Source of the DNA: Chitinophagaceae bacterium
GTDB taxonomy: Bacteria; Bacteroidota; Bacteroidia; Chitinophagales; Chitinophagaceae
DNA length: 64,000 nucleotides
Reading direction: 5' to 3'
Assembly (NCBI GenBank): GCA_049242865.1
Contig: JBMLOR010000065.1
Location: 7,686-71,685, forward strand
In this document: in pieces, positions 9,968 to 17,843 of the stretch
How positions within the stretch are numbered: position 1 is the stretch's first letter
Layout: the number at the start of each line of letters is the position of its first letter
Position numbers and translations under genes: made by a program
The notes under the pieces: generated by a model
Told to the model about the DNA's origin: nothing
What the model saw: only the letters and a program-made list of their open reading frames with translations
Database searches by the model: none

Positions 9968-11428
9968 ATGAATAATTTAAGTGAAATCTGGAATTTATAT
10001 AAACCAACTCCTGGTGTTTATGATGAAATGATTGATGAAAATTTAAATATTCGTGCTCCATATAAAAATTTTTTGGAAATTTTGCATTCACTGTCACCAA
10101 ACGATTTAAGAGCAAAAGATGCCTTGGCAAGCGAGTTATTTATGAATCAGGGTATTACGTTTACAGTATATAGCGATAATAAAGGCATAGAGCGTATTTT
10201 TCCTTTCGATGTCATTCCAAGAATAATAACCAATAGTGAATGGCAGCAAATTGAAAAAGGAATTCAACAAAGATTAAAAGCTTTGAACCTGTTTTTAAAA
10301 GACATTTACAACGAGCAACAAATCATTAAAGATGGTATTATTCCTGCCAATTTAATTGCAAGTTGTGAGCATTATACTCGAGAAGTTCAGGGCATAAAAG
10401 TTCCTCATGATGTTTATGTACACATAAGTGGTATTGATTTAATTCGTGGCGGAGATGGTAAATTTTATATTTTGGAGGATAATTTACGAACTCCAAGTGG
10501 TGTAAGTTATATGCTCGAAAATCGTGAGGTTACAAAGCGATTGTTTCCAAGTTTATTAGCTACAAATCAAACCAAAATGATAAATAATTATCCTTTGGTT
10601 TTACATCAAATTTTATTGCAATTGGCTCCGCAGCAACTAAGTAATCCAAACGTAGTTTTACTTACGCCAGGTGTTTTTAATAGTGCTTATTACGAGCATA
10701 CTTTTTTGGCACGAAGTATGGGTATTGAGTTAGTAGAAGGTAGAGATTTGGTTGTAGATAATCATAAGGTTTACGCAAAAACCACAAATGGCTTAAAACA
10801 AGTACATGTAATTTATAGAAGACTAGATGATGATTATCTTGATCCATTGGTTTTTAATCCAAATAGTGTGCTAGGTGTGCCAGGCCTTATGGCAGCTTAT
10901 AGAAAAGGCAATGTGGCTATTGTAAATGCTGTTGGCAATGGAGTTGCAGATGATAAAGCTGTTTATAAATATGTACCAGATATGATAAAATACTATTTAA
11001 ACGAACAAGCTATTTTACCCAATATTCCAACTTACGAACTTAGCTATCCCGATCAAAGAGAACATGTCATTAAAAATATTACTTCAATGGTGGTTAAAAA
11101 AACCAATCAAAGTGGAGGCTATGGAATGCTTATGGGCAATGCAGCTAGTGAAAAAGAAATTGAAAGTTTTGTTTTAAAAATAAACGAGGACCCTCGCAGT
11201 TTTATTGCTCAGCCAATTATACAATTAAGTACAGTTCCTTGTTTTATTGATGGAAAATTACAGCCACGACATGTTGATTTAAGACCCTATGCTTTGTGTG
11301 GACCTAATGGCGTGCAAATTGTGCCAGGAGGTTTAACTAGGGTGGCTCTTAAAGAAGGGAGCTTGGTAGTAAATTCATCGCAAGGAGGTGGTAGTAAAGA
11401 CACTTGGGTAATTGATTTTGAACAGTAA
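9968..11428 (+). CDS. Circularly permuted type-2 ATP-grasp protein (COG2308-like)
   Basis: 486 aa. The motifs GITFTVY...ERIFPFDVIPRII, DLIRGGDGKFYILEDNLRTPSGVSYMLENR and NAVGNGVADDKAVY match my memory of the CP_ATPgrasp_2 family. It is the first gene of the canonical ATP-grasp / alpha-E / transglutaminase trio. Confidence 0.8.
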   Translation: MNNLSEIWNLYKPTPGVYDEMIDENLNIRAPYKNFLEILHSLSPNDLRAKDALASELFMNQGITFTVYSDNKGIERIFPFDVIPRIITNSEWQQIEKGIQQRLKALNLFLKDIYNEQQIIKDGIIPANLIASCEHYTREVQGIKVPHDVYVHISGIDLIRGGDGKFYILEDNLRTPSGVSYMLENREVTKRLFPSLLATNQTKMINNYPLVLHQILLQLAPQQLSNPNVVLLTPGVFNSAYYEHTFLARSMGIELVEGRDLVVDNHKVYAKTTNGLKQVHVIYRRLDDDYLDPLVFNPNSVLGVPGLMAAYRKGNVAIVNAVGNGVADDKAVYKYVPDMIKYYLNEQAILPNIPTYELSYPDQREHVIKNITSMVVKKTNQSGGYGMLMGNAASEKEIESFVLKINEDPRSFIAQPIIQLSTVPCFIDGKLQPRHVDLRPYALCGPNGVQIVPGGLTRVALKEGSLVVNSSQGGGSKDTWVIDFEQ

Positions 11429-11430
11429 TT

Positions 11431-11520
11431 AGTCAAAGAAGTCATTAGTCAGAAAGTCATTGTTCAGAAAGTAATAGATTAATTCATCAATCAACAAATC
11501 ATCAATCATCAATCAACAAA
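11431..11520. repeat. Two short tandem-repeat arrays filling the ATP-grasp / alpha-E spacer
   Basis: Array A has three approximate copies: AGTCAAAGAAGTCATT (11431-46), AGTCAGAAAGTCATT (11447-61) and GTTCAGAAAGTAAT (11462-75). Array B has two perfect copies of TCATCAATCAACAAA at 11484-98 and 11506-20, separated by the partial unit TCATCAA. Confidence 0.85.
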
Positions 11521-11532
11521 TCAAAAATAATC

Positions 11533-12474
11533 ATGCTTAGTAGAATTGCAGATTCATTATTTTGGACAAATCGATACATGGAGCGAGCCGAAAATTTGGT
11601 TCGTTATACCATGATAAATTATATACTAATATTAGATAAAGGTGTAAACAATAATCAAAATTGGATGCCAGTTTTGGAATTGTTTTCTGCAAACTCACCT
11701 GCTTATTTAAACGAAATTAAACACGATACACCAACAGCATTGCACGAACTAATTACTAATACTCAAAATATAAATTCGCTTAAAAATATTGTTGCTAAAG
11801 CAAGAGAAAATGCTCGAGGTGTTCAAGATCACATTACAAAAGAGGTTTGGGAGCAAGTAAATCAGCTATATCATTATCTTAACCAAAACGATTTGCCTAG
11901 TAATTGGAGTAATGCAAATGCTTTGGAAATTTTAAATATTCTTACAAAAGAAATTACAGTATTTATTGGTGTTACCGATGCAACTATGCCACGAAATAAA
12001 GGCTGGAACTTTATGAATATTGGTAAGTATTTAGAACGAGCTTTAATTACCATTGAAGTTGCTAATAGTTTTTTTAAGCCCCTAGAATATAATGTAGATG
12101 CAGATACTGATATTTTATATTGGAAGCCTATGCTACTTGCTTTGAGTGGGTATGAATTACATTTAAAAACTTATCGAGGAACAAATATTACAAAAAATGC
12201 CCTGCATCAGATTGCATTTAATAAACACTTTACAAGAAGCCTGATGTATACTTTAATACGAATTGAAAAGTATCTAAAAGATATAATACCTGTTGACGAT
12301 ACTGCTGAACTAACTTCAATTAAAAAGCAATTTGGCAGACTAATTAATAGCATTGAATTTGCCGATGAAGACAAACTTAATAAGCATATTTTGCAACTGT
12401 TTTTAAGCGATACACGCTTTGCAATTAATGAGTTTAATCAAAAACTTACACAACAATTTTTTTCGTACACATAA
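11533..12474 (+). CDS. Alpha-E domain protein (COG2307-like)
   Basis: 313 aa. The N-terminus MLSRIADSLFWTNRYMERAEN is the hallmark start of alpha-E domain proteins. It sits between the CP-ATP-grasp and transglutaminase genes. Confidence 0.8.
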   Translation: MLSRIADSLFWTNRYMERAENLVRYTMINYILILDKGVNNNQNWMPVLELFSANSPAYLNEIKHDTPTALHELITNTQNINSLKNIVAKARENARGVQDHITKEVWEQVNQLYHYLNQNDLPSNWSNANALEILNILTKEITVFIGVTDATMPRNKGWNFMNIGKYLERALITIEVANSFFKPLEYNVDADTDILYWKPMLLALSGYELHLKTYRGTNITKNALHQIAFNKHFTRSLMYTLIRIEKYLKDIIPVDDTAELTSIKKQFGRLINSIEFADEDKLNKHILQLFLSDTRFAINEFNQKLTQQFFSYT

Positions 12475-12483
12475 CTAATTATA

Positions 12484-13428
12484 ATGCCCATTTTTAAAAT
12501 ACATCACATCACAAAATATCAGTATAATCAACTAGTAAAAGAAAGCTGTAATCAGTTAAAAATTTATCCCTTTCAACATACTAGTCAAGAAATTTTATTT
12601 CATGAATTACAAATAACTCATCAGCCTCAAATTTTTGAATTTGATGATTATTGGGGCAATAAAGTTGGGTTTTTTAATGTGTTGCACCCACATCAAGAAA
12701 TGATAATAGAAAGTAAACTAACCATTAGAACTACAAGTTTAGAAACACTGAATATTAGTAATCAAAGTTTTTGGAATGATTTGCATAATGCTAAACAAAA
12801 CAATTTTAAGTTATTAGAATTATCAATGCCAGATACGATTAATAATCAATTGCTTATTGATGAAATAATTGAAAAATTGCAAGTAAAAAATTTGTCAATT
12901 AGTGAGGTTGTGCAAGCAGCTTCTACTTATGTTTTTAATCATTTTAAATACATAAAAGGCATTACAACTGTAGAAACAACTATTGATGAAATTATGCAAC
13001 ACCAATCAGGTGTATGTCAAGATTTTGCACATGTTTTATTACAAATTTTGCGTACCATGCAAATTCCATGTAGGTATGTGAGTGGTTATATTTGCCCTAA
13101 TAAAAATGGCTTAAGGGGTGAGGGTGCTACACATGCATGGATAGAAGCTTATATTCCAAATTTTGGTTGGGCAGGTATTGACCCAACCAACAATGTTTGG
13201 GTTACTAACAATCATGTAATACTTGCTGTTGGTAAAAACTTTAATGATTGTACCCCAATAAAAGGAACATTCAAAGGATTGGCCAAACAAAAACTTAGTG
13301 TATTTGTAAGTGTTGGCTATGAAGATGGAAATTGTTTTGAAGAGATTAATAGTGTTGTGCTAGATACAGATAATACGCCAACTGTAGAAAAGTTCGACTA
13401 CACTGAGGCACAGCAGCAACAACAGTAA
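12484..13428 (+). CDS. Transglutaminase-like cysteine peptidase family protein (Bact_transglu_N + TGase core)
   Basis: 314 aa. The Cys-His-Asp core is readable: SGVCQDFAH, ATHAWIEAY, GIDPTN. It starts 9 bp after the alpha-E gene. Confidence 0.85.
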   Translation: MPIFKIHHITKYQYNQLVKESCNQLKIYPFQHTSQEILFHELQITHQPQIFEFDDYWGNKVGFFNVLHPHQEMIIESKLTIRTTSLETLNISNQSFWNDLHNAKQNNFKLLELSMPDTINNQLLIDEIIEKLQVKNLSISEVVQAASTYVFNHFKYIKGITTVETTIDEIMQHQSGVCQDFAHVLLQILRTMQIPCRYVSGYICPNKNGLRGEGATHAWIEAYIPNFGWAGIDPTNNVWVTNNHVILAVGKNFNDCTPIKGTFKGLAKQKLSVFVSVGYEDGNCFEEINSVVLDTDNTPTVEKFDYTEAQQQQQ

Positions 13429-13440
13429 TTCTACAAAAAG

Positions 13441-13860
13441 TTATAGTTGTTCCTGAACAAAGGTTTTGCAATAATCTTTGATTAGTTGTCTAACAGCTTT
13501 AAACTCCTTCATAATTTCTTCTTCAGTCCCTGTTGCTTTTGCAGGGTCGGGAAAGTTGTAATGAAATTTCTTGGCATTTGTAGGAAAGTATGGGCAACGC
13601 TCTTTTGCATTGTCACAAACTGTTATCACATAATCAAATGCTACCCCTATATATTCATTAATGTTGTTTGATGTATGGTTAGAAATATCTATTCCATCAT
13701 CAGCCATAGTAGCAATAGCTTTAGGATTTACACCATGCGTTTCAACGCCAGCACTGAATACTTTTACTTCTTTACCTTTTGTAAAGTGCTCTAAATAGCC
13801 ATGGGCAATTTGGCTTCTACAGCTGTTGCCTGTGCATAGTACTAAAATATTTTTTGTCAT
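13441..13860 (-). CDS. arsC: Arsenate reductase, LMW-PTP (thioredoxin-coupled) type
   Basis: 139 aa. It has the P-loop CTGNSCRS (Cys9...Arg15) and the redox pair Cys82/Cys89 in VCDNAKERC. It is the last gene of an ars-like operon. Confidence 0.85.
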   Translation of the reverse strand: MTKNILVLCTGNSCRSQIAHGYLEHFTKGKEVKVFSAGVETHGVNPKAIATMADDGIDISNHTSNNINEYIGVAFDYVITVCDNAKERCPYFPTNAKKFHYNFPDPAKATGTEEEIMKEFKAVRQLIKDYCKTFVQEQL

Positions 13861-13874
13861 AATTATATAAATGT

Positions 13875-14357
13875 TTAAATGAGTTTACTTCTTCGTTCAA
13901 ATAGTAAATTGTCTTTCCATATTCCATTTATTAATCCAATTTTTTCGCGAATTCCTACCATTCTAAATCCAGCTTTTTCGTGCACTTTTATACTTGCTTT
14001 ATTCTCAGGGAAAATACTCGATTGTAGCGTCCAAATTCCATGCTTTTCACTTTCTACAATTTGTTGTTGTAAAAGTTTACTTGCAATGCCTTTGTTCCAA
14101 TAATTTTCATGTATGTAAATGCTTATTTCTGCAACACCTTTGTAAACTAATCTGTTTGAAACAGGAGCAAGCGAACACCAACCAACAAGTTTTTGATTAT
14201 CAAACATTCCAATTCTTCCAATTTGTAAGTGGTTGCTATTCCAACTTTCCCAAGTTGGCAAATCTGTTTGAAAAGTAGCAATTCCAGTATTTATGCCTTG
14301 TAAATAAATGTGGCATAAATCATTAAAATTTTCTTGGTTAAAATAATCAATGTTCAT
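13875..14357 (-). CDS. GNAT N-acetyltransferase, phosphinothricin-acetyltransferase-like (ArsN1-like by context)
   Basis: Track ORF is 13875..14432. I start it at ATG 14357 (MNIDYFNQ...), 1 nt after the upstream stop. The GNAT core reads VAEISIYIHENYWNKGIASKLL...HEKAGFRMVG. Confidence 0.7.
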   Translation of the reverse strand: MNIDYFNQENFNDLCHIYLQGINTGIATFQTDLPTWESWNSNHLQIGRIGMFDNQKLVGWCSLAPVSNRLVYKGVAEISIYIHENYWNKGIASKLLQQQIVESEKHGIWTLQSSIFPENKASIKVHEKAGFRMVGIREKIGLINGIWKDNLLFERRSKLI

Positions 14358-14358
14358 A

Positions 14359-14814
14359 TTAGCAACAGGCACTATTTGGTGTACAACAAGATTGCTTGTT
14401 TTGTATGGAATTTTCAATAACAGGAATACCACATTTTTCTTGTGCTAAACAGTTGGTTTGTTTAGGTACTAGCGTAAAAATTCCATGCTCAAAATCAATC
14501 CCATATTTTCCTATGGTATCGTTTTGATATTCAACTTCAATTTCATCGTCTTCAATAAGTAGTTTTTCAATCGAAAGATCAATGATGGATAATAGTTTAT
14601 TAGGTTCAATTTTATGCCATGTATCAACGCTTTCCCAAAGTTGCATAGTTACAAGTTTTTCTTGCCTTATAGTTCCACCACAATCAATAAATCTTTTGTT
14701 AATATGTCCTACTTCTGTTATATGAAAATGAGATGGTACAGTTTTACCATTTGGCAAACTAAAATTTACTTCTGAAACAGTTTTAAGCAAATGTTTAAAT
14801 GTTGATAATTGCAT
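14359..14814 (-). CDS. DUF6428-like protein with Cys-rich C-terminal tail
   Basis: 151 aa with no TM or signal peptide. HFHITEVG and DCGG motifs are present, and the C-terminus is ...NKQSCCTPNSACC (two vicinal Cys pairs). It sits between arsR and the arsN-like gene, as I recall for DUF6428 genes. Confidence 0.55.
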   Translation of the reverse strand: MQLSTFKHLLKTVSEVNFSLPNGKTVPSHFHITEVGHINKRFIDCGGTIRQEKLVTMQLWESVDTWHKIEPNKLLSIIDLSIEKLLIEDDEIEVEYQNDTIGKYGIDFEHGIFTLVPKQTNCLAQEKCGIPVIENSIQNKQSCCTPNSACC

Positions 14815-14835
14815 ATTTTTTTATTTTTAAAATTT

Positions 14836-15162
14836 TTAACAGCATCGTGTAGCTTTAATTTGGGTGGTGATATTTTTTAAATAACTCATTAGCGTATCAA
14901 TTGTATTTTCATTAATGCAATAGCAAATTGCGTTTCCTTCGATGTTGCCTTTAATAATGTTAGCACTTTTTAGTTCTTTTAAATGTTGCGAAACAGTAGC
15001 TTGTGCAAGTGGCAATTCGTTTACAATATCGCCACAAATACAAGTATTTGTTTTAAGTAAATACTCAACTATAGCAATTCTTGCAGGATGTGCTAAAGAT
15101 TTCATGAGTGTTGCTATTTCGTTTTGATGTTGCGTAAAATGTTCTGCTTTTGATGCTCCCAT
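14836..15162 (-). CDS. arsR: ArsR/SmtB-family metalloregulatory repressor
   Basis: Track ORF is 14836..15198. I start it at ATG 15162 (MGASKAEHF...). It has the wHTH LAHPARIAIVEYLL...ATVSQHLKELK, a CICGD metal-site motif at the position of the ArsR CVC motif, and an extra C-terminal CC. Confidence 0.85.
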   Translation of the reverse strand: MGASKAEHFTQHQNEIATLMKSLAHPARIAIVEYLLKTNTCICGDIVNELPLAQATVSQHLKELKSANIIKGNIEGNAICYCINENTIDTLMSYLKNITTQIKATRCC

Positions 15163-15172
15163 GTTTAAATTA

Positions 15173-15188
15173 TAATATTGCAATATTA
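15173..15188. promoter_or_regulatory. Perfect 16-bp palindrome TAATATTGCAATATTA, candidate ArsR operator
   Basis: Read directly. It lies 10 bp upstream of the arsR ATG at 15162 and inside the spurious N-terminal extension of the track ORF. Confidence 0.4.
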
Positions 15189-15410
15189 CGATAAACATTT
15201 TTTATCAACCAAATTTTTTTTATTCAAGTTTTTTTTACGATGATTTAAATACAATTTTTCTTATCGATTTGTGTTTATTATAAGCTTTGTACAATTTGTA
15301 GAATAAAAAATAGAGATGACCATGCACAAGCAATAATTACTTAGTATAATACACTAAATATTTAGGATATTTTTTAACAGAATTTGAAATATTAAAAGAA
15401 GGTGGAGATT

Positions 15411-16787
15411 TTATTTTCCTTTACCTGAAATAATGATTCTTAAAGTGTGAATCATTATTTTAAAATCTAATAAAAGCGATGCATTTTCAATATAAATTAA
15501 ATCGTATTGCATTCGTTCAATCATTTCATCTACATTTTCGGCATAGCCAAATTGAACCATTCCCCAACTTGTTAAACCTGGTTTTACCTTGTGTAAATAA
15601 GCATAGTATGGAGTGCGTTGTTGTATAAGATCGATAAAGAATTTTCTTTCGGGCCTAGGGCCAACAATACACATATCGCCTTTTAAAATATTATATAGCT
15701 GAGGCAGTTCGTCCAATCTCCATTTACGCATTATTTTCCCCCATTTAGTGATACGATTATCATGATCACTACTTAATAATGGCTCGTTAGTTTCGGCATT
15801 TTCAATCATGCTTCTAAACTTATAAATAGTAAATGCTCTACCTTTTAATCCAATTCTTTCTTGAGTATAAAAAATATTTCCTTTAGAGGATAATTTAGTT
15901 TTTATGGCGATGATTAAAAGAAAAGGACTTAAAATTATTAGGGAGCAAAGCGAAAAAACAACATCTATTAATCTTTTTATGTTATGTTGCCAATGCTCCA
16001 TAGGGCTTGTATCTAAATCAATCAATGTGGCTCCTAAAACATTACTAGTTTTTACAGATCCTGAAATAATATCTACTACACTTGGTACAATTTTTATTTC
16101 TACATCTTTAAGAGCAAGTTGGGTAATTATATCTTCTGTAATTTTTTTAAATTCTTTAGGTAAAGCAATAACAATGATGTTAATATTGTGTTTTGCAATA
16201 ATTTCTGAAAGTTGATTAAGTGTGCCAATAATAGTACCAACACTGTTGTGTTGGATGGATTCAACTTCAATAAATCCTAAAATTTTATAGCCTAAGTAGT
16301 TATAGTTTTTTGCAATTTCTTTTGAAATTTTTTTTGCTTCAATGCCTGTACCAATAATTGCTGTATTAAAATATATTTTGTGGTGTACAATGAGTTTTTT
16401 TACATAGATTAAAATTATCCATCTTCCCAAAAAAAATAAACTAGCAGTGCAGATATAAAGTAATAATAAAGTGGAATAATGCTCTACATCGGCAATAATT
16501 TTTTTACTAAATAGTAAATAAATAAAGATTAGAGTGCAACCGAAGCCTGTAAAAAGTACAGTGCTAGAGAGCTCGCTTAGTCTAGATTTTTTATGTATGG
16601 GTAAACTGTAAGTACCAAGAATTAGAAATAAAGCAAGCCAAAAAAAAGGCACAATAAAAACTGTTTGAACAAATCCAAAATCAATGTTTAAGCAATTATT
16701 ACAACAAATGCTATACAATAGCCAACTAGCACAAGCCATGATGTAATCTATGGCTACATACCACGATATGTGAATGCTTTTTGGCAC
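15411..16787 (-). CDS. Polyprenyl-phosphate glycosyl-1-phosphate transferase (Bac_transf / WbaP-like initiating sugar transferase)
   Basis: 458 aa. It has N-terminal TM helices, a central Rossmann-like domain, and a C-terminal KRLIDVVFSLCSLIILSPFLLIIA...YKFRSM...DELPQLYNILKGDMCIVGPRPE. Confidence 0.85.
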   Translation of the reverse strand: MPKSIHISWYVAIDYIMACASWLLYSICCNNCLNIDFGFVQTVFIVPFFWLALFLILGTYSLPIHKKSRLSELSSTVLFTGFGCTLIFIYLLFSKKIIADVEHYSTLLLLYICTASLFFLGRWIILIYVKKLIVHHKIYFNTAIIGTGIEAKKISKEIAKNYNYLGYKILGFIEVESIQHNSVGTIIGTLNQLSEIIAKHNINIIVIALPKEFKKITEDIITQLALKDVEIKIVPSVVDIISGSVKTSNVLGATLIDLDTSPMEHWQHNIKRLIDVVFSLCSLIILSPFLLIIAIKTKLSSKGNIFYTQERIGLKGRAFTIYKFRSMIENAETNEPLLSSDHDNRITKWGKIMRKWRLDELPQLYNILKGDMCIVGPRPERKFFIDLIQQRTPYYAYLHKVKPGLTSWGMVQFGYAENVDEMIERMQYDLIYIENASLLLDFKIMIHTLRIIISGKGK

Positions 16788-16796
16788 TAATTAAAC

Positions 16797-17771
16797 TTAT
16801 TGTACTATGGTGTTTTTACCAATTTTTTGTAGAATTTGATGTGCAACTTCCATGGCAAGATAACCATCAATTTCTGTAACAGCAGTTTGAGTATTGTTGT
16901 TGATGCTGTGAACAAAACTTTGCAATTCTTCTTTAATGGCATTATTAGCTTCAATAGATGGATTAGTAACAGCGATAGTTTTTTTGCCATTATTGGTTTC
17001 TACATCAAACGAAAATGCATTTACATCTTCGGGTTGTTTTATTTTAATTACTTCGGCTTTTTTGTCTAAAAAATCAATACCTATATAAGCATCTTTTTGA
17101 AAAATTCTCATTTTACGCATTTTTTTCATGCTAATTCTACTGCTAGTAAGATTGGCCACACATCCATTATTAAACTCAATTCTAACATTTGCAATGTCAG
17201 GTGTATCTGTCATAACTGCAACACCACTTGCATGAATTGCTTTTACTGAGCTTTTTACAAGGCTTAGAATGATATCAATATCGTGAATCATTAAATCTAA
17301 AATTACACTTACTTCTGTACCTCTTGGGTTAAATTGTGCTAAACGATGCACTTCAATAAACATTGGATTAAGAGGCATTTGTTTAATTGCCAAGTAAGCA
17401 GGATTAAAACGTTCAACATGTCCAACTTGCATTTTTACTCCAGCTTCATTTATCATAGAAACTAAACGTTTAGCTTCATCCATAGTGTGTGCTAAAGGTT
17501 TTTCTACAAAAACGTGTTTGCCTTTTCGAATGGCTTCCATACAAAGTGCATAATGTTCATTTGTAGGAACTACAATGTCAACAATATCAACATTTGATAT
17601 TAGTTTTTCGGCAGTTTCGTAACGTTCAATTCCATACTCTTTTGCTACTTTTTTGGCATTGTCATCATCAATATCAACAAATCCAACTAAGGTTATGCCT
17701 TCAATTTCTTTCCAATTGTTTAAATGAAATTTTCCTAAATGACCTGCACCTATTACGCCTACTTTCAACAT
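16797..17771 (-). CDS. Gfo/Idh/MocA-family NAD(P)-dependent oxidoreductase
   Basis: 324 aa. It has MLKVGVIGAGHLGKFH (Rossmann GxGxxG) and an EKPLA motif. It ends 9 bp before the sugar transferase gene. Confidence 0.8.
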   Translation of the reverse strand: MLKVGVIGAGHLGKFHLNNWKEIEGITLVGFVDIDDDNAKKVAKEYGIERYETAEKLISNVDIVDIVVPTNEHYALCMEAIRKGKHVFVEKPLAHTMDEAKRLVSMINEAGVKMQVGHVERFNPAYLAIKQMPLNPMFIEVHRLAQFNPRGTEVSVILDLMIHDIDIILSLVKSSVKAIHASGVAVMTDTPDIANVRIEFNNGCVANLTSSRISMKKMRKMRIFQKDAYIGIDFLDKKAEVIKIKQPEDVNAFSFDVETNNGKKTIAVTNPSIEANNAIKEELQSFVHSINNNTQTAVTEIDGYLAMEVAHQILQKIGKNTIVQ

Positions 17772-17843
17772 AAAAAAATAATTATAGTTGGCAAATGTAA
17801 CATAAAAAAAATCCTCTGAATTTTAAATAATACACATTAAATA

